A stretch of DNA of 54,754 bases, taken from positions 42,918,523 through 42,973,276 of the forward strand of contig NC_057718.1 of assembly GCF_004010195.1 (NCBI RefSeq), given 5' to 3'. Shown piece by piece: positions 1 through 13,734 of this stretch (positions are counted from its first letter, which is position 1; every line of letters begins with the position of its first letter). The DNA is from Chiloscyllium plagiosum. Lineage: Eukaryota. Under the pieces are notes generated by a model. The model was given only the letters and a program-made list of their open reading frames with translations, searched no databases and was not told the origin of the DNA. A program made the position numbers and the translations under genes.

Positions 1-854
1 CAGGGCCAGCCATATTCTGGAGCCCGCACCATCACTGCCAGAACTGTGTTGCCATTTATAAACACCATCTTGCCTCCAAAAATCGTAGAATACAGTGTAT
101 GAGTAATTTAAGGCCAGACACAAAGTGCTGGATATTTGTTTCAGAATAAGACTCCAACGATAAGTGAAATGCCAGATCCTGATCCCATACTACATTCGTG
201 ACATAATCCCAGTGCAAAATTTGTAGGGATGACCAATGTGGAATCAGGGAAGATGTTTTCATTCCAGTTAAAGGTGGAAAGTGGGATCCCATGGTTCGAT
301 AGCCAACAGAAGGCTTTCTAACAACACACTACGCAAGACAGAAGCTGCCAATGCATACAAGATACAGAGAGAGCAGTGCCACATGGTGGAAGTACACTCT
401 GGAGAAAAGGTTAAAAAACATTCATTAAAACAGGCCACTCTTAGCAGGACATCAATGTGGAGGTGCTTCATGGATTGGATGGCTATCTGCCATAGCTCTG
501 GCCCTTGACCATGATGAGTGTAGTATGAGGATGTCTCTAGCAGCATGGAGCCCTGGTCCACTCTATTCTGGCATTGGAAGGTGGCCTCCATACCTTGACA
601 TGTTTCATTTCCAATTGTTAGGGAATTGTGGTGGGAAATGGAGGCTGATTGGAAAATTCCAGTCAGTCACTACTGAGTTACCTCAATGAGCTTTTTAAAT
701 GGCCACCTTTTTCTTGCTCCTGACAGTTTTCATCCTAGCACATCCCATTCCTGTCTGGAATAAAAATGACCTAGAAACAGGAACAGCTCACAACACATCT
801 TCAGAGCCAACTTTCAGGCCTTCCTGGCTTTGACTAGAAACCAAAATTCTGCCC
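1..854 (-). mobile_element. Highly decayed PIF/Harbinger-like DNA transposon end (possible transposase N-terminal remnant)
   Basis: Ends in AAAATTCTGCCC (GGGCAGAATTTT on minus), a terminal-inverted-repeat-like motif similar to ones at 12544 and ~38290. Minus-strand translations give faint HARBI1-like fragments (GSHFPPLTGMKT, VFINGNTVLAVMVRAP). Confidence 0.3.
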
Positions 855-1263
855 ACAGTCAAGATCTTACATGACAGGGAAAAAAAGTGATTTTCTGTCA
901 ATAAATCTCAATGCTCTGCAACAACGTAATTTTTCTGGTGCTAGATCTGTTGCTGACTAATTGATCAAAATTGATCGGTATGATTCCTCAACAGTTCCAT
1001 TATCATTGCATCAGGTGATTCTAAGGACAGTAGAATGTCAATTCCATAGACCTTGGCCTTTATTCATCCAGAGACTCCAATGTTCCTAAACCTTATGCAT
1101 TCAAAGTAAGCTCCTTTGAAAAATAACACTTTAAAAATCTAACAGAAGCACTGAAATCCCTGGATTGAGCATTTACATTTAAGTGAGCATGTCACAACCT
1201 TGTTTCATTTCTCACATCTGGGAGTACCATCCTATAAATTACTATTCTGCTGTTAAGAGTTTG

Positions 1264-1570
1264 ATTAGATTAGATTAGGGCCTGGAAACAGGCCTTTCAA
1301 GTCCACACCGACCCCTCCAAAGAGCAACCCACCCAGATCCATTCCCCTACATTTACCCCTTCACCTAACACCACGGGCAATTTAGCATGGCCAATTCACC
1401 TAACCTGCACATTTTTGGACTGTAGGAGGAAATCCACACAGACACGGGGAGAATGTGCAAACTCCACACAGACAGTTGCCTGAGGCAGGAATTGAACCCG
1501 GGTCTCTGGCGCTGTGAGGCAGCAGTGCTAACCACTGTGCCACCGTGCCGCCCCTGCCACTGTGCCGCCC
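1264..1570 (-). mobile_element. HE1-type V-SINE (elasmobranch tRNA-derived SINE)
   Basis: Minus strand reads GGGCGGCACGGTGGCACAGTGGTTAGCACTGCTGCCTCACAGCGCC...GGTTCAATTCC (Pol III A/B boxes), central GTGTGGAGTTTGCACATTCTCCCCGTGTCT domain, and a (CTAAT)n tail. Confidence 0.92.
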
Positions 1571-2369
1571 ACAAAAATACTGCAGATACAAGCATCTCTT
1601 CAAGGCATTATAAAGAATTTCAATCAGTAGTCCTTTGTCAGTTGTCCAATTATCCTTGAAAATCCAGGTATAATTTCTAAATCAATATTCATTTTCAAGA
1701 GAAAACATTTTACTAGTCTGCTATTCTCAAAGTGAACAGATAATAAAGATATGGAGAGAGTAGTGAGTGAAACCATTTGGACTTTCCTATCCTATTCTAA
1801 AGGTTTTTTTGTCAAACAAGGTTAAAGGTTGACAGAGTTATTGACTTCATGCTAGCGTATGTCTCTCTACCTACCATCAATTGCCCCTTACTGTCCCCAT
1901 GTCAACTTAATGCCAATTTGTGCCAAACCATGACCTCTTAATTATCCTCAAAGCCCTTCATAGCAGAAGTGCTAACCAAGTACAAACTCATGTATGTACT
2001 CCCCACATGATCTCCCCATTTATTTCCATAGTCATTTATAGCCCCTATATCAACTTTGTGGCAATTTGTACCAACCCATGACTCCCCCACTCACCACCTT
2101 TGTCCCTTATACCAGCCATTCCAACTCATCCAGTAACCACCTTGTGCAGACCAAATGAGCCAGGCTAAGATGAAATAAGACAAAGTTCAATGACAGACTT
2201 ACCTTGATTAAAAACACTCTTATTGATAAAAATCCCATTCATTACACTTAATTCCTTTCAAACACTGAGTGCCATATTGAAATAAACATTTGTATTGATA
2301 GCCCCACATCAAAAACAACTAGGCCCTTTATAAACTTTTGGACCTGTCAATCAAACTGTGAATTTATGG

Positions 2370-2470
2370 TAATAAAAACAGAAAGTGCTTGAAAAACTCA
2401 GCAAGTTTAGCAGCATTTGTGGAGAAAAAAGCAGAGCTTATGTTTTGAATCCAATATGACTCTTCTGCTG
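2370..2470. mobile_element. Old Penelope-like short element fragment
   Basis: AAAAACAGAAAGTGCTTGAAAAACTCAGCAAGTTTAGCAGCATTTGTGGAG resembles the copies at 38375 and 42080. Confidence 0.55.
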
Positions 2471-3688
2471 AGCTGTGCATTTACAAACCCTTGTGGTGAC
2501 ATAGGCAGGTTGTGGAAGCATTCAAGCAGTGCTAATACAGTATTGAACACTCTCAAGCTTATGTCAACAAGATTATAAACACCTATTTTTTTCAGATAGA
2601 AGATAAAACAAGATGCATTTGTTTCAAAACATAGAGTGGGGGCTTTAAATGACTTTATAGCTTGAAAGTTCCAAAGATCTTATCACATTTTATGCTCATT
2701 CATGTCTCCTCTTAAAAATTTCAACAGGGTATCAGATCTCTCAATACTTCAATATGTTTAGACCTTTTCTTCAGCTTTGTAGATCCCATAAGTCATGTTT
2801 GAGAAAGCTCAGTGATGAAAACTGCTCCTCAATAAAGAAAGATGCATTTGTAAACATGCCACAGTCTGCATGAGCCATGCATATGCAAAGTCTATACTGC
2901 CCCGATCCCCAACCCAGTGGAAATGATGAGTGAGGGATACAGGGGTGAGGTCTTTGGATTCAGGGCCACAGCACCAGTTTGGCTAAATCCTTCAACCTCT
3001 GTGAAAATTCAGGCTATGGTATCCCGCTTGAAAAATAAACACTGCATTGACGAAAGGACCTGTTACTTAATATCTCCGCCATAAAGTTCTTCTGCCTTTT
3101 CTTTACCATTCCAAATTTTGCCAAATGAGTCAAATTACATTCTTCTATTGCTATGATATACAGATATTTTCAAAATCAGCCTGTTATAACACACCTCTAG
3201 AACAGGCTGGTCCAGCCATAGGGACACTACCACTGCACCACAAAAGCCGTAATGCAGTGATATAAAGGCTTGTTGAAGTTCCTTATGTTCTTTTATACAA
3301 CTTTGGTTTTATTGAGACCAGCTGCATCCAGGGATTAGCACTGGATGGTTGAGACTAAAATACTTTGTCCAACACGACTGACAGCAACAGACTTTAATTG
3401 ATGTAATAATTGGCATTAATAACATTGAAAAGATGGGTTACGACTGATGCAGTGTTAATCTAACCCATTCGCATTGTATTTAATGCATCTTAACTCACAA
3501 ATGGTCACAGAGAAAAGAAACTTTCTGCAATGTCATTGAGTGCATTACACTATTTTATAGCTGAGCCTGAAGTCAACAGCACCATGTAAATGCCAGCTGG
3601 CAGTCAGACGTCATGAAAAGTTAACAGACTTTACACAACTTGGCATATTATTTATTTAGCCATGTTTATTAGGTCTTCTACAGTTTTC

Positions 3689-3912
3689 GAGGAGAAAGTG
3701 AGGTCTGCAGATGCTGGAGATCAAAGTTGAAACTTTATTGCTGGAACAGCACAGCAGGTCAGGCAGCATCCAGGGAACAGGAGATTCGACGTTTCGGGCA
3801 CAGGCCCTTCTTCAGGATTCCTGAAGAAGGGCCTGTGCCCGAAACGTCGAATCTCCTGTTCCCTGGATGCTGCCTGACCTGCTGTGCTGTTCCAGCAATA
3901 AAGTTTCAACTT
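3689..3912. mobile_element. Young Penelope-like (PLE) short element with inverted pseudo-LTR arms; perfect 189-bp palindrome
   Basis: 3724-3817 is the exact reverse complement of 3819-3912 (1-nt spacer). Flanked by direct repeat CTTCTACAGTTTTC (3675-3688 and 3910-3923). Contains CTGAAGA...CGAAAC boxes. Confidence 0.8.
3816..3853 (+). ncRNA. Putative minimal type I hammerhead ribozyme
   Basis: GAUUC (stem I) CUGAAGA A GGGC-cugu-GCCC (stem II) GAAA C GUC^ GAAUC (stem I'). Stem III is reduced to palindromic ACGU, as in PLE-associated minimal hammerheads. Confidence 0.55.
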
Positions 3913-4919
3913 CTACAGTTTTCCACTGAAATAAGAATGATATTAGCCAATGTTGCCAATTTTGAGATTTGCATTTTCAAAATACTTGGCCACTATGACA
4001 CTTGAGTTACTATAAAAATAAAGATATTAATTCTCTACGTTTCTTCATTTAAGCTGTTCCTTAGCTACTTTGTAGATTGAACTTTTTGTCACTTACCCTG
4101 ATATTACTTTACATGGATCTGTGTCAAGTTTTGTCTGGCAATGTTTTGAAGTACTTAAGATGTTTTAACAATGTTAAAGGCACTGTATAAATGCAATTTG
4201 TTGAAATGTATTTCTGGATAGCTGCTGTCTAACTTCACTAGACTTGAACAGTATTATGTCTTGCTAGAGATGACTAACATGAGGGATCACATTTGATCCT
4301 CCATGTCCTGGATGTCAGACTGACTGGGTGAGTGTGGAGTGCAGTGGTGATGTGAGAAGCATTAACCTTGCCCTGGCTTGAGAATATGAGGCCTAGCTCA
4401 TTCTAACTCCTGATACCACTACTTACTATTTATATACCTACAGAAGATTTCTGAATTCTCTTTTCATACTTTGTTTTTGCTTCTCTTATTTGCTTTCTCA
4501 CCTCCACTCTGAATCTTCTATATTCAGCCAATTTTGCAATTGTATTGGCTGCCTGACATTCATAAAAAGAACATTATTTTCTTTTTTTTACCTTCATCTC
4601 TATCTCATTTCTCATATGGAGACTTCTGGATTTGTTTATCCTGTCTTCTTACTGTGATAATAAAACCTGACTATCCCCAACCTATCTCTGATACTGATTT
4701 TCTGCTCAGATACTGATTTTCTTGCCAACGTTTGATACCAATTGATCTGGGCCCAGTTCCTTCTCACTTCATGGAAACTGGCATTCCCTGGATTAATTAT
4801 TCTTACTCTGGGTTGTTCTTTTCTCTCGTCATGTTAAACATTCTGATATACTGATCACTGTCTCCTAAATATTCTCCTACTGATATTTGATCCACTTGAC
4901 CCACCTAATTCCCAAGAAC

Positions 4920-5720
4920 CAGGTATGTTAGTGTTTTTTTTTAATTGAATGAAAAACATATTGCTGTAGAATTTTTTCCTGAACACACTCTATGAACTGT
5001 TGATCCTCTTTGTCTTTTACACTACTATCCTAGTTTATATTCAGATAAAGACCCCTATTTTAACGATTCTATCTTTTTTCCCTCTCTATAATTTATTTGA
5101 AAATGTGTTCATCCACATCTTCTCCATTGATTGGTGGCAGTTGGACTACACTGAACCTTGCAGCTTATTTGTTCTTTAGCTATAACCAAATAAATTCTGT
5201 TCTTATCTGTTAGGACATCCTCTCTCTCCAACTTCACAATATTATCTTTAATCATTGCTGCCAAGCCCCTCCCCACTTCTTTCCTGTCACAACTTTCCTG
5301 AATATCTTGGATTCAGGAACATTTCATATCCAGATCTGCTCTTTGTTGATCCAGATCTCTGATATCGCCTCGGCACCCTGTTCCAACCCGAATTCTTATT
5401 TAACAAACTCAATGCATTCACCTGCACAAGAACCTTAATTTAGACTTTATTACTTTCTCCCATACTCTAACCCTAACTAATAACTTACTACTTCCATTTG
5501 GTCTGCTCTCGATCCACTCTCTTCTCCAGCACTGCCTAATATTCTAATTGTGTACACATTATACTTCTTTTCTATTTCTATTTGCTGGTGTCAATCCCCC
5601 CTTTTTAACAATGCTGATTGTCAGATTTTTGTTTGCTGTCTTGTGGAGGTGCAAGCCATCCCTTTAGAATAGAGCCTTTTGCCCCAGGATTCCAATGCTC
5701 CTTCCATATTTACTTCCCTT
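4920..5720 (-). mobile_element. Old CR1 LINE fragment (ORF1 esterase end and ORF2 endonuclease start)
   Basis: Minus translation gives LF*RDGLHLHKT (SGNH esterase DGxHL motif, ~5650-5680) and AISEIWINKEQIWI*NVPESKIFRK (APE endonuclease N-terminus, ~5295-5370). Confidence 0.7.
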
Positions 5721-8700
5721 CCCGTCCTTTTGTCAGCAGAGTCCTGGGCTAAGAAAGTGGTACAACATGCCCTTTGCCCACAGACTTGCCAGAATCAAAA
5801 AGTTTGAACTGCAATATCTCTCCATATTGTTGCTCCCCTTCCCCTTCTCACTGCGCACCTCCACCCCCCCCATCAGGTAAAGTCATGTCAGCATTCCTCT
5901 GAATGCTTCCCATCATGGTACAACTGGCTTCAGGAAGCTTATCATGTGGGGAATCATGAGTGCAAACCCTTATTCAAGCATTCCACGCTACATTAACTCT
6001 CCAACGTTTTGTTTTTTTTCAAGATGAATTTGTACAATACCACATTCGTTTACAAAACACACAGGCAGTAATGCGTCACTTTGTCTGACGTCAATAGTCT
6101 TTGTTTATCTTTAAATATCATTGTGGGAGTGTTTCTAAAGTTTCATTTTCACTGGAACCATCTCTCCAAAGCTGGGCAAAATCTGAGTTCCCTTTATTAC
6201 TGTAAAATTGCATTCCAAAACAACACTAATGTAAGGCAAATCTGCCTTAAGGCTGGTTTTTTTGCTGATTCTAGTATATGCTGACCTTTCCTTTACCTTA
6301 TTCAGTACACTGTTTCACATCCAACTCCCTCACTTTTCTCTTGTGGAATCCTTACATCCCAATCATATCTTTTCTAAAAACTAGCAAGTAGACTTCAGCT
6401 TGCTTGCAATTGCCAGAACCCTCCAGCTCTCAGCACAATCACTGATGTTAATTAACATTAAATTTGTAACTTCACTCAGACAAATGTTACATTTGGCTGG
6501 TGGAGACAATGGAAAATGCCATATTGATGCAATGTGTAACTACCGAAATTAGAGCAAGGATAATTGCTAGAATGGAACAGACAGAACGTTACTCTTGCTC
6601 TAATCCGGCAGCTCCAAAATTGTGGGTTGCAACTCAATTGTAATCACAGAAGCAGTGAATGGGGTCCCAGGCTCCTCCTATTCTAGAACTGCACCCTACA
6701 TTAATGCTGAAGTATATCAGAAAGGAAGGAAGAATAGCTGCCCTGATTCCTCACTCCAAATACAAAAGCACCCCTCATGCCATTTAATCACAGGTACCAG
6801 TGTCTCACAGATGTGAAGAGGTGAGCAAGTTTCATTGAGGCAAGAAAACAACATGAGTAATAATAATATCTCCTGACTCATTTTCTTTTGCCTACTACTG
6901 CAACTTGTCATTATACACCTTCTTCCAACCAAGGTTTTATATGGATCATAAATCTACAGCTGCTACCAATGTCATGCTGTGACTGGTCAGCAGCAAGTGC
7001 AATTCAAGCAGTCCGCATTGCTCAGTGTCCGCTTCCCCTCTCCTGATCTGAAACACTGTGCCTTGCTTGATCTAACTGAATGCTGATAAATAGGAGGCAG
7101 ATCACCATAACCTACCCAGAAGTCAACCTCTTCACAACACTTTAGCTACTGGTCTGCCCTTAAAGTTCTGAAGACAATCAATTTTCATTAAAGTTCCAGG
7201 CATTGGCAGAGAACTGGATTAATTTTGCAAATCACTAAATATGAAAATATCTTCCATGCTAGAATGGCATCGAGATTCTAAATTGAGCTTCACCTTTCTT
7301 ATTATTTTCAGAAGTTTAGATTATTTTAAAAATCAACCAGTCAGACAGATGAAAGCAGGTTCAGTTACAGGTCATTGTTACAGTATGATTATTTGTCAAG
7401 CTCTTCAGAACTGATGAGACCCAAAAGGAATCTTGTACAATATTGAAAATAAAATAAATGCCTATTTGATAGCGAAACTATCCCCCTTCTTTCTCCATTA
7501 TTCAGATACAAAAAATGGCTGCTCTGGCTTAATTTTCTGGCCAATCGTTATTCTTTCTGTTTATGGCAATGAAGCAAATGTATATAAATTGCACACTTAT
7601 GGTATGCAATGTGGTGGAGTTCTTGGTCATTGGCTTCATTGTAAGAGCAAAAGGTTTTCGAACTCCCTTATTCCCTTTAAAGGGCCAACTGATTATCAAA
7701 AAAAGTAATTCCTACGTATGTACAATTTCCAGAGTCAGAAAGTGCAGTTAGATTACTATTAAATGCACCGAAGAGCTGGATAATCAATTTCTGTGTTTAG
7801 ACAAAATGTACATTTTGTTAAGTGATTTTCAGGAATACACTATTTTCCTGCTATGTTGTACAGGCCATGAAATGAACTTACACAGCCACTAATGTCTAAT
7901 TTCATCTTTGACACTACAGAGACACATGCAAGACAAATGCTGTTGAAGGTGGGGTCTCAATACAAAGATGTGGGTGTAATTTTCAAACAAAAAACCAAAT
8001 GCACCCATGCATTATAAATGCATGATAAATGTACCTCAGAGTAAGAGAAGGAAATGGTAGGATTGAAGAACTGAATCCATGCAGACACTCAGAGATGAAC
8101 AATCGAACATTTTCTCCAAGTTCCTGAGCAAGACAGAGAAGCTAAGTTAGAGCAGACAAGAAAACAAATTAGAGAAAGAAATTAGAGATGGATTAAGGAA
8201 AATAAATAAACTAACCAAAACCATGTGAGTAGCTTCGTTTTATTTAATTTTGTGAGTTTTACAGTTTTGCTATAACTAAAGACTGCAAAGATAGACAAAA
8301 ACAAACATCTCAGTTGTCAAACATCTCTGGACAGAAGAATGGAGTATGATTTGCTGTTCCAATTCTGCATGGCTCCCCCAATGATACATAAGATTCCAAA
8401 ACTGAAGAGACACTGATAACAATAAAATTAAAATAAGCTGATTTTATTTTAATTTACATCAATGCTCCCATGTCCAAAAGCCTATCATAAATCTTTTTGT
8501 AAACAATGTTTAACTTATTCATTGTAACCATGTGTTGATTACAGAACTATATTAAAGCCTATGATTATTAAATGCACTCTATGAAGCTGGCTTATTGTTT
8601 TGAGTTAGCTAAATGGAAAGAATGATCGATATTTATCAAAAGAAACACTGAAATTGTTAGTAAAAGCAGAAAATTCAAGAAATTCATGAAATATCAATCA

Positions 8701-10202
8701 GTATGAGAAAGAGAAAAATAAGCTAGTGATTCATGGCTATAACTGAATGAACTGCTTATTTTTATTTCTGATGGTAACCAACATGCTGTGCACTTGAAGC
8801 ATTTTCTGTTAGTAAAAGCTACGTAAAACCTGCACAAATTCTTTCTATTATCACGGCTCTGTATCAGTTAATAGCTACATTTACTTGCAGACTTGATAAC
8901 AAATCACTGCTGACTGGTCAAAATTTCAATTGATCATTCTGATGTAAAATTGATCACTGAAGTACTCAGAAGATAATAATCTTTGTTTATATAGGAGTGA
9001 ACACTGGAGTGCATCCTCACCTGTCACATGTTCCTGCTTTGAGTTTCCTTTTGTTTGGGTGCTTTCACTGATTCTCAACAAACCAGCATTGCAGCACAGT
9101 TTTACAACCAAACAAAAATGTTATTTAATGATGCCTATTCCTGCTACAAAGCACTGTGATCCCAAACACCCAGACATTTTCAAAGAAAATATTAAAAAGT
9201 TGTGCCAGCTATGACTGTGTAATTTAGTTCATATGTGTTCTTCAGATGGATAACTTGCCTATGCATGTATTTATCACATTTATCAATGTGTCATCAATAT
9301 AAAGCGCATTACCATCACCAGCTTTCTGACCCTATGAAAAGTGATGAGGTCTGGCAGTGGCTTTGGTCATATGATCTGTGCCCACAACTAGTCTGTAGCT
9401 GGAAAATGCTTTGACATCACAAGCTGAGCCACAGTGTATGCGCGCTTCTGGCCATATTTGATTAAATTCCCTCCACAGCTGCTGCATAGCATTCTTACAG
9501 TGGATCTCTTAACTCATGATCCATGTGAAAAAAAAACTTGGACTCGGCTACACCAGCTCTGCAGGGTGACCAATTCTTTCCAGCCGTTTCATGCCCAGTA
9601 GTTTCTGAAGTGGTTTGATCTTGAAGCGTGGAAGTTTCATTGACATCCCCCACACAGCTGAGGGTTTGCTCATTTTGCAAACATGGAAACAGTCTTCTGT
9701 AAATATGGCAGGCCAGACACCATCCATTTTCTATAATGAGGACATTTTATTTATCCATCTAAGTACTTTCACCAGTACAGTCCCATTTCCATGACTATTT
9801 TAGGATAAGTATGAATACTCTCTGGATTCCTCTGCTTAGTAAAATTAGTGATGTAAATTCTGAAGACTTCAGCTGCTATAGAAATGTGCCTCATACTTCA
9901 CTATCATCTATAGGTGGTAAGTTGATATTTTTCATGTGGTTTCTACCTTACTTTTGCAGTCTCAAATAAATGTTAAAGTGCTTCAGCACTACAAATGTTA
10001 AGATTTTTCTTTTTAAAGCTACTGATGTTAACAGTTTTGTGTCAAATATGTCCTTATTTTGACACTCACTTTATTTTGTTCAAAATTGAAACAATATATT
10101 TCACTTCATAAATGAATGTTATAAACAGTGTTTTGGAAATTGTTCCATTCTTTTAATATGTTACTTTGCTGCACTTCCATTCTGATCTACTTGGTAACAT
10201 AC

Positions 10203-10690
10203 AGCAACAATTTGGATTTATATAGCACCTCTAATCTAATAAAACATATCGAGATGATTCACTAGAACATTATAAGGCAAAATTTGACACTTTGATCAAT
10301 ATTAGGGCATATAATAAAACCTGGACAGCAAATTAGATTTTAAGGAGGGTTTAAAGATGGAAGGAGAAGTAGAGAGATGGAGACATTTGGGAGGGAATTC
10401 CAGAGCAGTGGGTTTGGATAGCTGGCAAACTGGCTACCAGTGGTGAAGGAATTAAAATTAGAAAGGATCCAGAGCTCAGAATTAGATAACTGAGAGGATT
10501 TTTAGAATGAAAGAAATTACAACAATAGGGTGGCCATAGAGGCAATAAAAAGACATGGATCAGATTTTTAAAACTGAGACATTATTTGAACAGGAGTCAA
10601 CGTAGCTCACCAAATGTAGATAAGAGGGGAAAGGGACTTGGTGAGAGATGGAACACAAGTAACAGAGTTTTGGATGAGCTCAAATTTACC
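10203..10690 (-). mobile_element. Old L2/CR1-clade LINE 3' end
   Basis: CAACAATTTGGATTTATATAGCACCT is the reverse of an L2-like tail. GGGAGGGAATTCCAGAG gives the LWNSLP C-terminal motif on the minus strand. Confidence 0.6.
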
Positions 10691-13600
10691 ATTCTCATTG
10701 ATTTATGTATTGCACAAAACATAGTGCAGATTAATAGGCTATTTGGCCTGATTGGTCTGTTGTGGTATTTATGCTCCACGTAAGGCTCCTTCCAGCCTTT
10801 TTCATCTAATCCAGTCAGCAACCTCTTCTAGTTAAATCTCTTTCATGTATCTGTCTTCTCCATGTGCGTAAACATGTACGAGAGGATGTCTGCAAAAAGT
10901 CAAGTGTCGTTCACTCTTTTTTTGGGGCTAAGTTCTTAATTTTCACTCTCGATCCCATTGGGCGGTGCATCTGGAATCTGCAATTTGATTTTATTCCAAT
11001 AACCTATGTCCAACCACTCTTGGTTGTCTGCATTGGAGCATCAACTTCTGTCAGATACATTTTAAAACATGACAAACATACAAAGGTATTTCAAAATAAA
11101 CAAGTGACAATCTACCAACCTGTTGTGCGTCATAGCCAATACATGCATCATAATACAAGTTAATAATCTCAACTTGCCATCGTTTCTGCACAGTTATATT
11201 ATGCACAGCCTTAAATGAAGTGTAGAAGGAGATTGTATCAGTGCAGTATCCAAAGTGAGAACATATTGATTACTAATTTTATTTTGTGAATTAATGGTCA
11301 TTTCATTGACTACACTTGGTACTAAAATTGAGACATATCTTGTTAGAGAACAAAAATTCAATTTTTCTTGGTAGAGCTTTATAACATTCTAATAAAACAA
11401 GAATAAACATTAATTAATGACTTTCTAACTATTTTGCATCTATTCAATTTTTATATAAATGTTATGGTAAATACCTTCACCGAGTTAGGGCAATTCTGTT
11501 GACACAATTTAGGTTCCAATTTCAAATAGTTTGCTATGGAGTGTAATCTTATTTTCTACAACAATCCTTTTAAAAAACTTGAGCTTACAATGGAATTATG
11601 CTTATGAAATGTGTCTGTCATGAATGTGATGTATTTGCAGTTTCCAATAATGTAAACAAGCAGAAGAAAAGCCAAACTTTCCCAGAGTTATTTTGAACAG
11701 CTTGCAAAGGATTAAAACAAAACCTGAACAAAGTGTTACACTGATTGAAGTTGAGAGAAGCTGCAAAAGAAAAAATATATCATTATAAAGTATATTTTCA
11801 TTTTATTAAAACATGGTATAAATAATGTATTATTTTCCAGGACTCGGATATAAAACTTACTTTTCCTGTTTCTATCATTTTCTGTTTCCTGGCAATTCCA
11901 CTATACACGATTTTTAAAATCCATTTTTGTACAATCCAAATGATTCAACAACTTCTGATTTTGCTAAATGGTGTGATTTTAATACTTAATCTGACTGCTT
12001 CTGTACAAAAATGCTTGAATTTATGAACCTGCTGACAATTATTTTCAAGGGTGGGAAGAAATCTATTTTGAATCTTTTAGCAGCATTTGAGCTGAATGAC
12101 ATTGTTTTCAAACTTTTGAACAAGGACACTTTCCTTTTTCATATTTTAGCTTTCAAACACTATCACTAGCCATGTTATCCAAAAAGACAGTGGTGCGTCC
12201 ATTACCGAGAGTAGTTAATTATGGATACTAAAACTTAAATAACATAAAGTAAATCAGCAAGAGGAAAGCAGTCCAAACTCTACTAACAGATGAACAAACA
12301 TTGTTGACATTGAGAATCCTTTTAAAATTTGCTTCTAAGGTCCAAATGTTTCAGTTCTGAAACACATACTGTTGTAATACAGTTATACACTAACTCCCTG
12401 ATCAATATGCTGCAATTCACTGACTTGGAATCATGTGAATCAGCTTAAACTTTTAAATACTCAATCACAACCATCATGCTTAACCTAGATATCAAATACA
12501 ATAGTTAAACCTCCAACTAGACATTCTGAGACTTGAAATGGTTGGCAGAATCTTCCCAGCTCTTGATCAGTGGAGTAATGGATAGAGACATGGGAGAAAG
12601 TAATGAGCAGGAAAAAAACGATGAATTGCATCAAGAATCAACATCAAGAAAAAGGTCTTAATTTCTCCTTAAGGTTTTAACAGATCAATGCAAATTTCAC
12701 CATTACACAGGGAAGACCCTATTTGCATGTTTTGAGGTTTCCTTCATAGCTAATCTGAGTTAATTTCTATGCAGTTCACAATTCTGCCAGGTACTGCTAA
12801 GAATCTAGAGTGCATCAATTCCTGACTTACAAGTCTGAGTGATTACCTGGTGGGTAATCACCTCACTAGTATGTTCTCTAGATTGTCCATCATTCTGCAA
12901 CATTTCAGAGCACACTCCAATGGCAATCGCTCCCTGCATCCTACATCCATGGAAGTCAACAGCGGCAAAATATTGGCTTCACCACACCATCATGGCACAA
13001 CTTGGACAAATTTTTAATGCAGTTCAACATGTCAAAATTACAATTTCAAGTTCACCACCACTTTAGCGCTCACTCGCTTTGCACAGGGGAGTAGTCCTCT
13101 GTCCAGTCAGGGATTGACTATGTTCAGTCTGAGGTTACTGTTACTCCCAATCCAGTAGGTTGGCCATTGTCAGTAGTGCACTTGGTGTGATCAGGGTCCA
13201 GACACCTGCATCCTTCCAATGTAAGGATTAGGCCAGTCCGACTGGCCAAATCCAACCAGCTCGGAGATTACAGGTCCATCAGTCAGAGTGCTGTAGAGAC
13301 ATCAGTCAGGGAGTCTCGGCTGTCCTCAGTCTAGGATGTCCTTGCCAATCAGCCTGTTTGGATTGGGAGTGGGGGAGAGGTGTTCATAGGCCACAGTCTG
13401 TGAATTTAAGCAGTAGACTTCAAGGGGAGTTATCAGGAACCAGACCTGACTGTGGGAAGAGAGTGGGAACCCAAGTGTGAGGTTTGGAGCTGGGACACTG
13501 AGTCAGAGAGGTGAAAATGACTGTGAAGGTACAGTTTCAAACATAAAGGTCCAATTTGATGTAATGTGGGATACTCAGGGATGGCGGACTTTTGCAAATC

Positions 13601-13734
13601 AACACCACCCTGGCAAAAGGAGGAATTGTGAGACTAAAGCTGTCAGTGACATTGCAGGAGTGTGAAAGATGATGAGGTGTCCTGACTGTGTGAGTAGGCA
13701 GAGCAGAGGGCAGGAAAGCTTAGGGGATATGAAT

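Noticed and set aside
3721..4005. Near-identical ORFs on opposite strands (MKLYCWNSTAGQ...)
   Set aside because: A direct consequence of the perfect palindrome; not a gene pair or toxin-antitoxin system.
11860..11965. Minus-strand exon candidate with a strong GTAAGT donor
   Set aside because: The acceptor lacks a polypyrimidine tract, and the extended frame has an in-frame TAG.
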